DNA of 64,000 nt from Somniosus microcephalus (taxonomy: Eukaryota), in the NCBI GenBank assembly GCA_052327205.1, contig CM126214.1, positions 32,612,001 through 32,676,000 of the forward strand. Direction: 5' to 3'. The notes beneath the pieces are model-generated. The model did no database searches and was not told the origin of the DNA. It saw only the letters and a list, made by a program, of their open reading frames with translations. Position numbers and translations under genes: made by a program. Shown in pieces: positions 12,001 to 27,000 of this stretch (positions within the stretch are counted from its first letter, which is position 1; each line of letters opens with the position of its first letter).

Positions 12001-15000
12001 ATACGTCCATGCACAACATGGATTGCAGAATTCACGCACATAACTGATTCTATTCTTTCAATAGGTGCATCAACTGCAGCCACATCAACTACTTCTGGGT
12101 CAGCAGAAATAACATCTGCACAGGCAACACCTTCATCTGGCAGTACAGTGCAGCCAACAAATTCCATATCAACAAGGCCAAGCTCAGTAACACAATCATC
12201 TTCACCAGGAGGCACAACAGTGACATCAGTTCCCAGTGAAACAGGTAGGATGGAAACCATTGCAACACTTTGTCGAACACTATTTGTCACGGCAAGGATT
12301 TTAGAAGTTCAGAAAAATTGATTGAAAAGTTCACAAACATAGATATTACTGTTCTTTCAAAAGGTGCATCAAGTGTAGCAGCATCAACTCCAATCACATC
12401 ATCTCCAGAAAAAACTCCACATTCATCTGTGTTGCCCGTCAGTACAAAAGAGACAACAAATTCCCCACCAACACAATCGTCTCCATTAACAAGCAGTACT
12501 GGAACATTATTCACAACTGAAACAAGTAAGACAAAGTCAATTATGAAATACATGGTGTACAAGATGGAATTTACGGCCCAGAAAAATAAAAGCTTTTTTT
12601 CGTTCTAAAGGTGGGTCAAGTACAGTGCGATCATCTGCCATTGTGTCAACTCCATCATCTCCACTGTCAACATTGTCATCTTCTGGTACAGCAGTGACAA
12701 TAAATTCTATATCAACGCCACCAATTTCACAACCAGAATCATCTTCCCCGACAAGCACGACAGTGACACTTGCTCCAACTGAAACAGGTACGAGTGCAAT
12801 GATGACACCACAATTTGTAAAACACTGCAAGTAAGGTTATTGAGCTAAGAATTTGTGAAAGGTTGGATTCGAAGGCAAAATTCCCCAGTTCCATGCTCCA
12901 GGCAGTTAGACGTCTTGAAGGCAGCACTGCTCAAAGAGAGGGCTGTAATCCTGATCGTCGAGGCCACAGTCACCTTAACCACAGATTCTCACTGGGGGCT
13001 TTGGAATACACAATCTGCCTTATAAAGATTGCAAAGGGATAGAATTCCGTTCTTTCCAAAAAGGAGTTGAGGACAGCTCCATTAACCATATTCCTTTTCA
13101 TTTACAGCAAGCATTACACAATTAACATCTACATTGCTCAGTACAACAGAGCCAGCAAATTCATCACCAACACAATCGTCTTCAACAGCAAGCACTACTG
13201 TGACATTAAGCGCAATGGAAACAAGTAAGTCAAAACAATTATACAACACATTGGGGAACAACAGTTTGCAGTTCTCTCTTTTAATTCATTGTTTGTTTTA
13301 CAATGTGGAGTTGCATTAAAGAGAGCAAGTTGAAATTCTGAGTCATGCATCAAGAAACTGTGTTTGATACGTCCATGCACAACATGGATTGCAGAATTCA
13401 CGCGCATAACTGATTCTATTCTTTCAATAGGTGCATCAACTGCAGCCACATCAACTACTTCTGGGTCAGCAGAAATAACATCTGCACAGGCAACACCTTC
13501 ATCTGGCAGTACAGTGCAGCCAACAAATTCCATATCAAGAAGACCAAGCTCAGTAACACAATCACCTTCACCAGGAAGCACAACAGTGATATCAGTTACC
13601 AGTGAAACAGGTAGGATGGAAACCATTGCAACACTTTGTCGAACACTATTTGTCACGGCAAGGATTTTAGAAGTTCAGAAAAATGGATTGAAAAGTTCAC
13701 AAACATAGATATTACTGTTCTTTCAAAAGGTGCATCAAGTGTAGCAGCATCAACTCCAATCACATCATCTCCAGAAAAAACTCCACATTCATCTGTGTTG
13801 CCCGTCAGTACAAAAGAGACAACAAATTCCCCACCAACACAATCGTCTCCATTAACAAGCAGTATTGGAACATTATTCACAACTGAAACAAGTAAGACAA
13901 AGTCAATTATGAAATACATGGTGTACAAGATGGAATTTACGGCCCAGAAAAATAAAAGCTTTTTTTCGTTCTAAAGGTGGGTCAAGTACAGTGCGATCAT
14001 CTGCCATTGTGTCAACTCCATCATCTCCACTGTCAACATTGTCATCTTCTGGTACAGCAGTGACAATAAATTCTATATCAACGCCACCAATTTCACAACC
14101 AGAATCATCTTCCCCGACAAGCACGACAGTGACACTTGCTACAACTGAAACAGGTACGAGTGAAATGATGACACCACAATTTGTAAAACACTGCAAGTAA
14201 GGTTATTGAGATAAGAATTTGTGAAAGGTTGGATTCGAAGGCAAAATTCCCCAGTTCCATGCTCCAGGCAGTTAGACGTCTTGAAGGCAGCACTGCTCAA
14301 AGAGAGGGCTGTAATCCTGATCGTCGAGGCCACAGTCACCTTAACCACAGATTCTCACTGGGGGCTTTGGAATACACAATCTGCCTTATAAAGATTGCAA
14401 AGGGATAGAATTCCGTTCTTTCCAAAAAGGAGTTGAGGACAGCTCCATTAACCATATTCCTTTTCATTTACAGCAAGCATTACACAATTAACATCTACAT
14501 TGCTCAGTACAACAGAGCCAGCAAATTCATCACCAACGCAATCGTCTTCAACAGCAAGCACTACTGTGAGATTAAGCACAACGGAAACAAGTAAGTCAAA
14601 ACAATTATACAACACATTGGGGAACAACAGTTTGCAGTTCTCTCTTTTAATTCATTGTTTGTTTTACAATGTGGAGTTGCATTAAAGAGAGCAAGTTGAA
14701 ATTCTGAGTCATGCATCAAGAAACTGCGTTTGATACGTCCATGCACAACATGGATTGCAGAATTCACGCGCATAACTGATTCTATTCTTTCAATAGGTGC
14801 ATCAACTGCAGCCACATCAACTACTTCTGGGTCAGCAGAAATAACATCTGCACAGGCAACACCTTCATCTGGCAGTACAGTGCAGCCAACAAATTCCATA
14901 TCAACAAGACCAAGCTCAGTAACACAATCATCTTCACCAGGAAGCACAACAGTGACATCAGTTACCAGTGAAACAGGTAGGATGGAAACCATTGCAACAC

Positions 15001-18000
15001 TTTGTCGAACACTATTTGTCACGGCAAGGATTTTAGAAGTTCAAAAAAATGGATTGAAAAGTTCACAAACATAGATATTACTGTTCTTTCAAAAGGTGCA
15101 TCAAGTGTAGCAGCATCAACTCCAATCACATCATCTCCAGAAAAAACTCCACATTCATCTGTGTTGCCCGTCAGTACAAAAGAGACAACAAATTCCCCAC
15201 CAACACAATCGTCTCCATTAACAAGCAGTACTGGAACATTATTCACAACTGAAACAAGTAAGACAAAGTCAATTATGAAATACATGGTGTACAAGATGGA
15301 ATTTACGGCCCAGAAAAATAAAAGCTTTTTTTCGTTCTAAAGGTGGGTCAAGTACAGTGCGATCATCTGCCATTGTGTCAACTCCATCATCTCCACTGTC
15401 AACATTGTCATCTTCTGGTACAGCAGTGACAATAAATTCTATATCAACGCCACCAATTTCACAACCAGAATCATCTTCCCCGACAAGCACGACAGTGACA
15501 CTTGCTACAACTGAAACAGGTACGAGTGAAATGATGACACCACAATTTGTAAAACACTGCAAGTAAGGTTATTGAGCTAAGAATTTGTGAAAGGTTGGAT
15601 TCGAAGGCAAAATTCCCCAGTTCCATGCTCCAGGCAGTTAGACGTCTTGAAGGCAGCACTGCTCAAAGAGAGGGCTGTAATCCTGATCGTCGAGGCCACA
15701 GTCACCTTAACCACAGATTCTCACTGGGGGCTTTGGAATACACAATCTGCCTTATAAAGATTGCAAAAGGATAGAATTCCGTTCTTTCCAAAAAGGAGTT
15801 GAGGACAGCTCCATTAACCATATTCCTTTTCATTTACAGCAAGCGTTACCCAGTTAACATCTACATTGCTCAGTACAACAGAGCCAGCAAATTCATCACC
15901 AACGCAATCGTCTTCAACAGCAAGCACTACTGTGAGATTAAGCACAACGGAAACAAGTAAGTCAAAACAATTATACAACACATTGGGGAACAACAGTTTG
16001 CAGTTCTCTCTTTTAATTCATTGTTTGTTTTACAATGTGGAGTTGCATTAAAGAGAGCAAGTTGAAATTCTGAGTCATGCATCAAGAAACTGTGTTTGAT
16101 ACGTCCATGCACAACATGGATTGCAGAATTCACGCGCATAACTGATTCTATTCTTTCAATAGGTGCATCAACTGCAGCCACATCAACTACTTCTGGGTCA
16201 GCAGAAATAACATCTGCACAGGCAACACCTTCATCTGGCAGTACAGTGCAGCCAACAAATTCCATATCAACAAGACCAAGCTCAGTAACACAATCATCTT
16301 CACCAGGAAGCACAACAGTGACATCAGTTACCAGTGAAAAAGGTAGGATGGAATCCATTGCAGCACTTTGTCGAACACTAGTTGTCACGGCAAGGCTTTT
16401 AGAAATTCAGAAAAATGGATTGAAAAGTTCCCATACTTAGATATTACTGTTCTTTCAAAAGGTGCATCAAGTGTAGCAGCATCAACTCCAATCACATCAT
16501 CTCCAGAAAAAACTCCACATTCATCTGTGTTGCCCGTCAGTACAAAAGAGACAACAAATTCCCCACCAACACAATCGTCTCCATTAACAAGCAGTACTGG
16601 AACATTATTCACAACTGAAACAAGTAAGACAAAGTCAATTATGAAATACATGGTGTACAAGATGGAATTTACGGCCCAGAAAAATAAAAGCTTTTTTTCG
16701 TTCTAAAGGTGGGTCAAGTACAGTGCGATCATCTGCCATTGTGTCAACTCCATCATCTCCACTGTCAACATTGTCATCTTCTGGTACAGCAGTGACAATA
16801 AATTCTATATCAACGCCACCAATTTCACAACCAGAATCATCTTCCCCGACAAGCACGACAGTGACACTTGCTCCAACTGAAACAGGTACGAGTGCAATGA
16901 TGACACCACAATTTGTAAAACACTGCAAGTAAGGTTATTGAGCTAAGAATTTGTGAAAGGTTGGATTCGAAGGCAAAATTCCCCAGTTCCATGCTCCAGG
17001 CAGTTAGACGTCTTGAAGGCAGCACTGCTCAAAGAGAGGGCTGTAATCCTGATCGTCGAGGCCACAGTCACCTTAACCACAGATTCTCACTGGGGGCTTT
17101 GGAATACACAATCTGCCTTATAAAGATTGCAAAGGGAAAGAATTCCGTTCTTTCCAAAAAGGAGTTGAGGACAGCTCCATTAACCATATTCCTTTTCATT
17201 TACAGCAAGCATTACACAATTAACATCTACATTGCTCAGTACAACAGAGCCAGCAAATTCATCACCAACACAATCGTCTTCAACAGCAAGCACTACTGTG
17301 ACATTAAGCGCAATGGAAACAAGTAAGTCAAAACAATTATACAACACATTGGGGAACAACAGTTTGCAGTTCTCTCTTTTAATTCATTGTTTGTTTTACA
17401 ATGTGGAGTTGCATTAAAGAGAGCAAGTTGAAATTCTGAGTCATGCATCAAGAAACTGTGTTTGATACGTCCATGCACAACATGGATTGCAGAATTCACG
17501 CGCATAACTGATTCTATTCTTTCAATAGGTGCATCAACTGCAGCCACATCAACTACTTCTGGGTCAGCAGAAATAACATCTGCACAGGCAACACCTTCAT
17601 CTGGCAGTACAGTGCAGCCAACAAATTCCATATCAAGAAGACCAAGCTCAGTAACACAATCACCTTCACCAGGAAGCACAACAGTGATATCAGTTACCAG
17701 TGAAAAAGGTAGGATGGAAACCATTGCAGCATTTTGTCGAACACTATTTGTCACGGCAAGGCTTTTAGAAATTCAGAAAAATGGATTGAAAAGTTCGCAA
17801 GCATAGATATTATTATTGTTCTTTCAAAAGGTGCATCAAGTGTAGCAGCATCAACTCCAATCACATCATCTCCAGAAAAAACTCCACATTCATCTGTGTT
17901 GCCAGTCAGTACAAAAGAGACAACAAATTCCCCACCAACACAATCGTCTCCATTAACAAGCAGCACTGGAACATTATTCACAACTGAAACAAGTAAGGCA

Positions 18001-21000
18001 AAGTCAATTATGAAATACATGGTGTACAAGATGGAATTTACGGCCCAGAAAAATAAAAGCTTTTTTTCTTTCTAAAGGTGGGTCAAGTACAGTGCGATCA
18101 TCTGCCATTGTGTCAAGTCCATCATCTCCACTGTCAACATTGTCTTCTTCTGGTACAGCAGTGACAATAAATTCTATATCAACGCCACCAATTTCACAAC
18201 CAGAATCATCTTCCCCGACAAGCACTACATTGACATTTGCTACAACTGAAACAGGTACGAGTGAAATGATGACACCACAATTTGTAAAACACTGCAAGTA
18301 AGGTTATTGAGCTAAGAATTTGTGAAAGGTTGGATTCGAAGGCAAAATTCCCCAGTTCCATGCTCCAGGCAGTTAGACGTCTTGAAGGCAGCACTGCTCA
18401 CAGAGAGGGCTGTAATCCTGATCGTCAAGGCCACAGTCACCTTAACCACAGATTCTCACTGGGGGCTTTGGAATATACAATCTGCCCTATAAAGATTGCA
18501 AAAGGATAGAATTCCGTTCTTTCCAAAAAGGAGTTGAGGACAGCTCCATTAACCATATTCCTTTTCATTTACAGCAAGCGTTACCCAGTTAACATCTACA
18601 TTGCTCAGTACAACAGAGCCAGCAAATTCATCACCAACGCAATCGTCTTCAACAGCAAGCACTACTGTGAGATTAAGCACAACGGAAACAAGTAAGTCAA
18701 AACAATTATACAACACATTGGGGAACAACAGTTTGCAGTTCTCTCTTTTAATTCATTGTTTGTTTTACAATGTGGAGTTGCATTAAAGAGAGCAAGTTGA
18801 AATTCTGAGTCATGCATCAAGAAACTGTGTTTGATACGTCCATGCACAACATGGATTGCAGAATTCACGCGCATAACTGATTCTATTCTTTCAATAGGTG
18901 CATCAACTGCAGCCACATCAACTACTTCTGGGTCAGCAGAAATAACATCTGCACAGGCAACACCTTCATCTGGCAGTACAGTGCAGCCAACAAATTCCAT
19001 ATCAACAAGACCAAGCTCAGTAACACAATCATCTTCACCAGGAAGCACAACAGTGACATCAGTTACCAGTGAAACAGGTAGGATGGAAACCATTGCAACA
19101 CTTTGTCGAACACTATTTGTCACGGCAAGGATTTTAGAAGTTCAGAAAAATGGATTGAAAAGTTCACAAACATAGATATTACTGTTCTTTCAAAAGGTGC
19201 ATCAAGTGTAGCAGCATCAACTCCAATCACATCATCTCCAGAAAAAACTCCACATTCATCTGTGTTGCCCGTCAGTACAAAAGAGACAACAAATTCCCCA
19301 CCAACACAATCGTCTCCATTAACAAGCAGTACTGGAACATTATTCACAACTGAAACAAGTAAGACAAAGTCAATTATGAAATACATGGTGTACAAGATGG
19401 AATTTACGGCCCAGAAAAATAAAAGCTTTTTTTCGTTCTAAAGGTGGGTCAAGTACAGTGCGATCATCTGCCATTGTGTCAACTCCATCATCTCCACTGT
19501 CAACATTGTCATCTTCTGGTACAGCAGTGACAATAAATTCTACATCAACGCCAGCAATTTCACAACCAGAATCATCTTCCCCGACAAGCACGACAGTGAC
19601 ACTTGCTACAACTGAAACAGGTACGAGTGAAATGATGACACCACAATTTGTAAAACACTGCAAGTAAGGTTATTGAGCTAAGATTTTTTAAAGGTTGGAT
19701 TCGAAGGCAAAATTCCCCAGTTCCATGCTCCAGGCAGTTAGACGTCTTGAAGGCAGCACTGCTCAAAGAGAGGGCTGTAATCCTGATCGTCGAGGCCACA
19801 GTCACCTTAACCACAGATTCTCACTGGGGGCTTTGGAATACACAATCTGCCTTATAAAGATTGCAAAGGGATAGAATTCCGTTCTTTCCAAAAAGGAGTT
19901 GAGGACAGCTCCATTAACCATATTCCTTTTCATTTACAGCAAGCATTACACAATTAACATCTACATTGCTCAGTACAACAGAGCCAGCAAATTCATCACC
20001 AACACAATCGTCTTCAACAGCAAGCACTACTGTGACATTAAGCACAATGGAAACAAGTAAGTCAAAACAATTATGCAACACATTGGGGAACAACAGATTG
20101 CAGTTCTCTCTTTTAATTCATTGTTTGTTTTACAATGTGGAGTTGCATTAAAGAGAGCAAGTTGAAATTCTGAGTCATGCATCAAGAAACTGTATTTGAT
20201 ACGTCCATGCACAATATGGATTGCAGAATTCACGCGCATAACTGATACTATTCTTTCAATAGGTGCATCAACTGCAGCCACCTCAACTACTTCTGGGTCA
20301 GCAGAAATAACATCTGCACAGGCAACACCTTCATCTGGCAGTACAGTGCAGCCAACAAATTCCATATCAACAAGACCAAGCTCAGTAACAGAATCACCTT
20401 CACCAGGAAGCACAGCAGTGATATCAGTTACCAGTGAAAAAGGTAGGATGGAAACCATTGCAGCATTTTGTCGAACACTATTTGTCACGGCAAGGCTTTT
20501 AGAAATTCAGAAAAATGGATTGAAAAGTTCGCAAACATAGATATTATTACTGTTCTTTCAAAAGGTGCATCAAGTGTAGCAGCATCAACTCCAATCACAT
20601 CATCTGCAGAAAAAACTCCACATTCATCTGTGTTGCCCGTCAGTACAAATGAGGCAACAAATTCCCCACCAACACAATCGTCTCCATTAACAAGCAGTAC
20701 TGGAACATTATTCACAACTGAAACAAGTCAGACAATGTCAATTATGAAATACATGGCGTACAATATGGAATTTACGGCCCAGAAAAATAAAAGCTTTTTT
20801 TCTTTCTAAAGGTGAGTCAAGTACAGTGCGATCATCTGCCATTGTGTCAACTCCATCATCTCCACTGTCAACATTGTCATCTTCTGGTACAGCAGTGACA
20901 ACAAATTCTATATCAACACCACCAATTTCACAATCAGAATCATCTTCCCCGACAAGCACGACAGTGTCACTTGCTCCAAATGAAACAGGTACGAGTGAAA

Positions 21001-24000
21001 TGATGACACCAAAATTTGTAAAACACTGCAATTAAGGTTATTGAGCTAAGAGTTTGTGAAAGGTTGGATTCGAAGGCAAAATTCCCCAGTTCCATGCTCC
21101 AGGCAGTTAGACGTCTTGAAGGCAGCACTGCTCACAGAGAGGGCTGAAATCCTAATCGTGGAGGGCACAGTCACCTTAACCACAGATTCTCACTGGGGGC
21201 TTTGGACTACACAATCTGCCCTATAAAGATTGCAAAGGATAGAATTCCTTTCTTTCCAAATAGGAGTTCAGGACAGCTCCATTAACCATATTCCTTTCAT
21301 TTACAGCAAGCATTACACAATTAACATCTACATTGCTCAGTACAACAGAGCCAGCAAATTCATCACCAACACAATCGTCTTCAACAGCAAGCACTACTGT
21401 GACATTAAGCACAATGGAAACAAGTAAGTCAAAACAATTATACAACACATTGGGGAACAACAGTTTGCAGTTCTCTCTTTTAATTCATTGTTTGTTTTAC
21501 AATGTGGAGTTGCATTAAAGAGAGCAAGTTGAAATTCTGAGTCATGCATCAAGAAACTGTATTTGATACGTCCATGCACAACATGATTGCAGAATTCACG
21601 CGCATAACTGATACTATTCTTTCAATAGGTGCATCAACTGCAGCCACATCAACTACTTCTGGGTCAGCAGAAATAACATCTGCACAGGCAACACCTTCAT
21701 CTGGCAGTACAGTGCAGCCAACAAATTCCATATCAACAAGACCAAGCTCAGTAACACAATCACCTTCACCAGGAAGCACAACAGTGATATCAGTTACCAG
21801 TGAAAAAGGTAGGATGGAAACCATTGCAGCATTTTGTCGAACACTATTTGTCACGGCAAGGCTTTTAGAAATTCAGAAAAATGGATTGAAAAGTTCACAA
21901 ACATAGATATTACTGTTCTTTCAAAAGGTGCGTCAAGTGTAGCAGCATCAACTCCAATCACATCATCTCCAGAAAAATCTCCACATTCATCTGTGTTGCC
22001 CGTCAGTACAAAAGAGACAACAAATTCCCCACCAACACATTCGTCTCCATTAACAAGCAGTACTGGAACATTATTCACAACTGAAACAAGTAAGACAAAG
22101 TCAATTATGAAATACATGGTGTACAAGATGGAATTTACGGCCCAGAAAAATAAAAGCTTTTTTTCTTTCTAAAGGTGGGTCAAGTACAGTGCGATCATCT
22201 GCCATCGTGTCAACGCCATCATCTCCACTGTCAACATTGTCATCTTCTGGTACAGCAGTGAAAATAAATTATATATCAACGCCACCAATTTCACAACCAG
22301 AATCATCTTCCCCGACAAGCACGACAGTGACACTTGCTACAACTGAAACAGGTACGAGTGAAATGATGACACCACAATTTGTAAAACACTGCAAGTAAGG
22401 TTATTGAGCTAAGAATTTGTGAAAGGTTGGATTGGAAGGCAAAATTCCCCAGTTCCATGCTCCAGGCAGTTAGACGTCTTGAAGGCAGCACTGCTCACAG
22501 AGAGGGCTGTAATGCTGATCGTCGAGGCCACAGTCACCTTAACCACAGATTCCCACTGGGGGCTTTGGACTGTACAATCTGCCCTAAAAAGATTGCAAAG
22601 GGATAGAATTCTGTTCTTTCCAAAAAGGAGTTGAGGACAGCTCCATTAACCATATTCCTTTTCATTTACAGCAAGCATTACACAGTTAACATCTACATTG
22701 CTCAGTACAACAGAGCCAGCAAATTCATCACCAACACAATCGTCTTCAACAGAAAGCACTACTGTGACATTAAGCACAACGGAAACAAGTAAGTCAAAAC
22801 AATTAAACAACACATTGTGGAACTACAGTTTGCAGTTCTCTCTTTTAATTCATTGTTTGTTTTACAATGTGGAGTTGCATTAAAGAGAGCAAGTTGAAAT
22901 TCTGCGTCATGCATCAGGAAACTGTATTTGATACGTCCATGCACAACATGGATTGCAGAATCCACGCGCATAACTGATACTATTCTTTCAACAGGTGCAT
23001 CAACTGCAGCCACATCAACTACTTCTGGGTCAGCAGAAATAACATCTGCACAGGCAACACCTTCATCTGGCAGTACAGTGCAGCCAACAAATTCCATATC
23101 AACAAGACCAAGCTCAGTAACACAATCATCTTCACCAGGAAGCACAACAGTGACATCAGTTACCAGTGAAAAAGGTAGGATGGAAACCATTGCAGCACTT
23201 TGTCGAACACTATTTGTCACGGCAAGGCTTTTAGAAATTCAGAAAAATGGATTGAAAAGTTCACAAACATAGATATTACTTTTCTTTTAAAAGGTGCGTC
23301 AAGTGTAGCAGCATCAACTCCAATTGCATTATCTCCAGAAAAAACTCCACATTCATCAGTGCTACCCGTCAGTACAAGAGAGACAGCAAATTCCCCACCA
23401 ACACAATCGTCTCCATTAACAAGCAGTACTGGAACATTATTCACAACTGAAACAAGTAAGACAAAGTCAATTATGCAATACATGGTGTACAAGATGGAAT
23501 TTACGGCCCAGAAAAATAAAAGCTTTTTTTCTTTCTAAAGGTGGGTCAAGATCATCTGCCATTGTGTCAACTCCATCATCACCACTGTCAACATTGTCAT
23601 CTTCTGGTACAGCAGTGACAATCAATTATGTATCAACGCCACCAATTTCACAACCAGAATCATCTTCCCCGACAAGCACGACAGTGACACTTGCTACAAC
23701 TGAAACAGGTACGAGTGAAATGATGACACCACAATTTGTAAAACACTGCAAGTAAGGTTATTGAGCTAAGAATTTGTGAAAGGTTGGATTCGAAGGCAAA
23801 ATTCCGCAGTTCCATGCTGCAGGCAGTTAGACGTCTTGAAGGCAGCACTGCTCACAGAGAGGGCTGTAATCCTGATCGTCGAGGCCACAGTCACCTTAAC
23901 CACAGATTCTCACTGGGGGCTTTGGACTATACAATCTGCCCTATAAAGATTGCAAAGGGATAGAATTCCGTTCTTTCCAAAAAGGAGTTGAGGACAGCTC

Positions 24001-27000
24001 CATTAACCATATTCCTTTTCATTTACAGCAAGCATTACACAGTTAACATCTACATTGCTCAGTACAACAGAGCCAGCAAATTCATCACCAACACAATCGT
24101 CTTCAACAGCAAGCACTACTGTGACATTAAGCACAACGGAAACAAGTAAGACAAAACAATTATACAACACATTGGGGAACAACAGTTTGCAGTTCTCTCT
24201 TTTAATTCATTGTTTGTTTTACAATGTGGAGTTGCATTAAAGAGAGCAAGTTGAAATTCTGAGTCATGCATCAAGAAACTTTGGCCTAGAAATTCTGTGG
24301 GCTTTGCGCCCAGTTAAGGCCCAAAGAGGGCTTCTGCACCAGTAGAGGAGGTTGCGCTGATATTGAGCTCGGCGGTAATAGCGGCGGTAGCCGGTAGCGC
24401 TGCGCCGGCACCGATGACATCATCGGTGTGCGCAGTGCCCCGTTTCTGCCCCGATGCCGGCCCGACCCCCATATTCAGTTGCCGCCGCCTCCTCTGTGGC
24501 GGCCGCCACTAACCTCCGGAGACCAGGGCCTTACTGCAGCCTTAGCGGGGCGCATAAAGGTGGAGGAGCGGCCGGCCGCTTTTTCGGCAGCCGCCTGCCC
24601 GCACCTCCATCCCCGGCCTCCTCCACCACCCCCCATTGCCGGCTGCTTTCCACGAGCCCGGCACTTCTCCGTGGTGCCAGGCTCATTTGCCGGCACAATC
24701 CAGCGGCGATCTCCCCGTTGCAGGCACCTCCACCTTAAGAGAAAGAGGAGGCCTGCAGTACCGCAGCCTGCCGCACCGCATCGGGTGGCGCAGCGGCACC
24801 TAGAGCGCAGAAATTCAGTTTCAGCGCCCCAAGCGGGGGCGGGCACACCCTGGAATAGCGCCCAGTTCCGACTTGGGGCGCAAAAACTGAATATCTGACG
24901 GTCGCAACTGACTCCGCGCCCAGCGCTAACTTTTGGGTGCTAGCCAGCTTGCGGGGCCATAGTGAATTTCTAGGCCTGTATTTGATACGTCCATGCACAA
25001 CATGGATTGCAGAATTCACGCGCATAACTGATACTATTCTTTCAATAGGTGCATCAACTGCGGCCACATCAACTACTTCTGGGTCAGCAGAAATAACATC
25101 TGCACAGGCAACATCGTCATCTGGCAGTACAGTGCAGCCAACAAATTCCATATCAACAAGACCAAGCTCAGTAACACAATCATCTTCACCAGGAAGCACA
25201 ACAGTGATATCAGTTACCAGTGAAAAAGGTAGGATGGAAACCATTGCAGCATTTTGTCGAACACTATTTGTCACGGCAAGGCTTTTAGAAATTCAGAAAA
25301 ATGGATTGAAAAATTCACAAACATAGACATTACTGTTCTTTCAAAAGGTGCATCTAGTGTAGCAGCATCAACTCCGATCACATCATCTCCAGAAAAAACT
25401 CCACATTCATCTGTGTTGCCCGTCAGTACAAAAGAGGCAACAAATTCCCCACCAACACAATCGTCTCCATTAACAAGCAGTACTGGAACATTATTCACAA
25501 CTGAAACAAGTAAGACAAAGTCAATTATGCAATACACGGTGTACAAGATGGAATTTACGGCCCAGAAAAATAAAAGCTTTTTTTCTTTCTAAAGGTGGTT
25601 CAAGTAGAGTGCAATCATCTGCCATTGTGTCAACTCCATCATCTCCACTGTCAACATTGTCATCTTCTGGTACAGCAGTGACAATAAATTATGTATCAAC
25701 GCCACCAATTTCACAACCAAAATCATCTTCCCCGACAAGCACGACAGTGACACTTGCTACAACTGAAACAGGTACGAGTGAAATGATGACACCACAATTT
25801 GTAAAACACTGCAAGTAAGGTTATTGAGCTAAGAATTTGTGAAAGGTTGGATTCGAAGGCAAAATTCCGTAGTTCCATGCTCCAGGCAGTTAGACGTCTT
25901 GAAGGCAGCACTGCTCACAGAGAGGGCTGTAATCCTGATCGTCGAGGCCACAGTCACCTTAACCACAGATTCTCACTGGGGGCTTTCGACGATACAATCT
26001 GCCGTATAAAGATTGCAAAGGGATAGAATTCCGTTCTTTCCAAAAAGGAGTTGAGGACAGCTCCATTAACCATATTCCTTTTCATTTACAGCAAGCATTA
26101 CACAGTTAACATCTACATTGCTCAGTACAACAGAGCCAGCAAATTCATCACCAACACAATCGTCTTCAACAGCAAGCACTACTGTGACATTAAGCACAAC
26201 GGAAACAAGTAAGTCAAAACAATTATACAACACATTGGGGAACAACAGTTTGCAGTTCTCTCTTTTAATTCATTGTTTGTTTTAAAATGTGGAGTTGCAT
26301 TAAAGAGAGCAAGTTGAAATTCTGAGTCATGCATCAAGAAACTGTATTTGATACATCCATGCACAACATGGATTGCAGAATTCACGCGCATAACTGATTC
26401 TATTCTTTCAATAGGTTCATCAACTGCAGCCACATCAACTACTTCTGGGTCAGCAGAAATAACATCTGCACAGGCAACACCTTCATCTGGCAGTACAGTG
26501 CAGCCAACAAATTCCATATCAACAAGACCAAGCTCAGTAACACAATCATCTTCACCAGGAAGCACAACAGTGACATCAGTTACCAGTGAAAAAGGTAGGA
26601 TGGAATCCATTGCAGCACTTTGTCGAACACTAGTTGTCACGGCAAGGCTTTTAGAAATTCAGAAAAATGGATTGAAAAGTTCCCATACTTAGATATTACT
26701 GTTCTTTCAAAAGGTGCATCAAGTGTAGCAGCATCAACTCCAATCACATCATCTCCAGAAAAAACTCCACATTCATCTGTGTTGCCCGTCAGTACAAAAG
26801 AGACAACAAATTCCCCACCAACACAATCGTCTCCATTAACAAGCAGTACTGGAACATTATTCACAACTGAAACAAGTAAGACAAAGTCAATTATGAAATA
26901 CATGGTGTACAAGATGGAATTTACGGCCCAGAAAAATAAAAGCTTTTTTTCGTTCTAAAGGTGGGTCAAGTACAGTGCGATCATCTGCCATTGTGTCAAC

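Noticed and set aside
24428-24898. Pro/Arg/Ala-rich ORFs inside the MITE
   Set aside because: Expected in GC-rich sequence, open on several frames, no domain, and truncated in copy 4.
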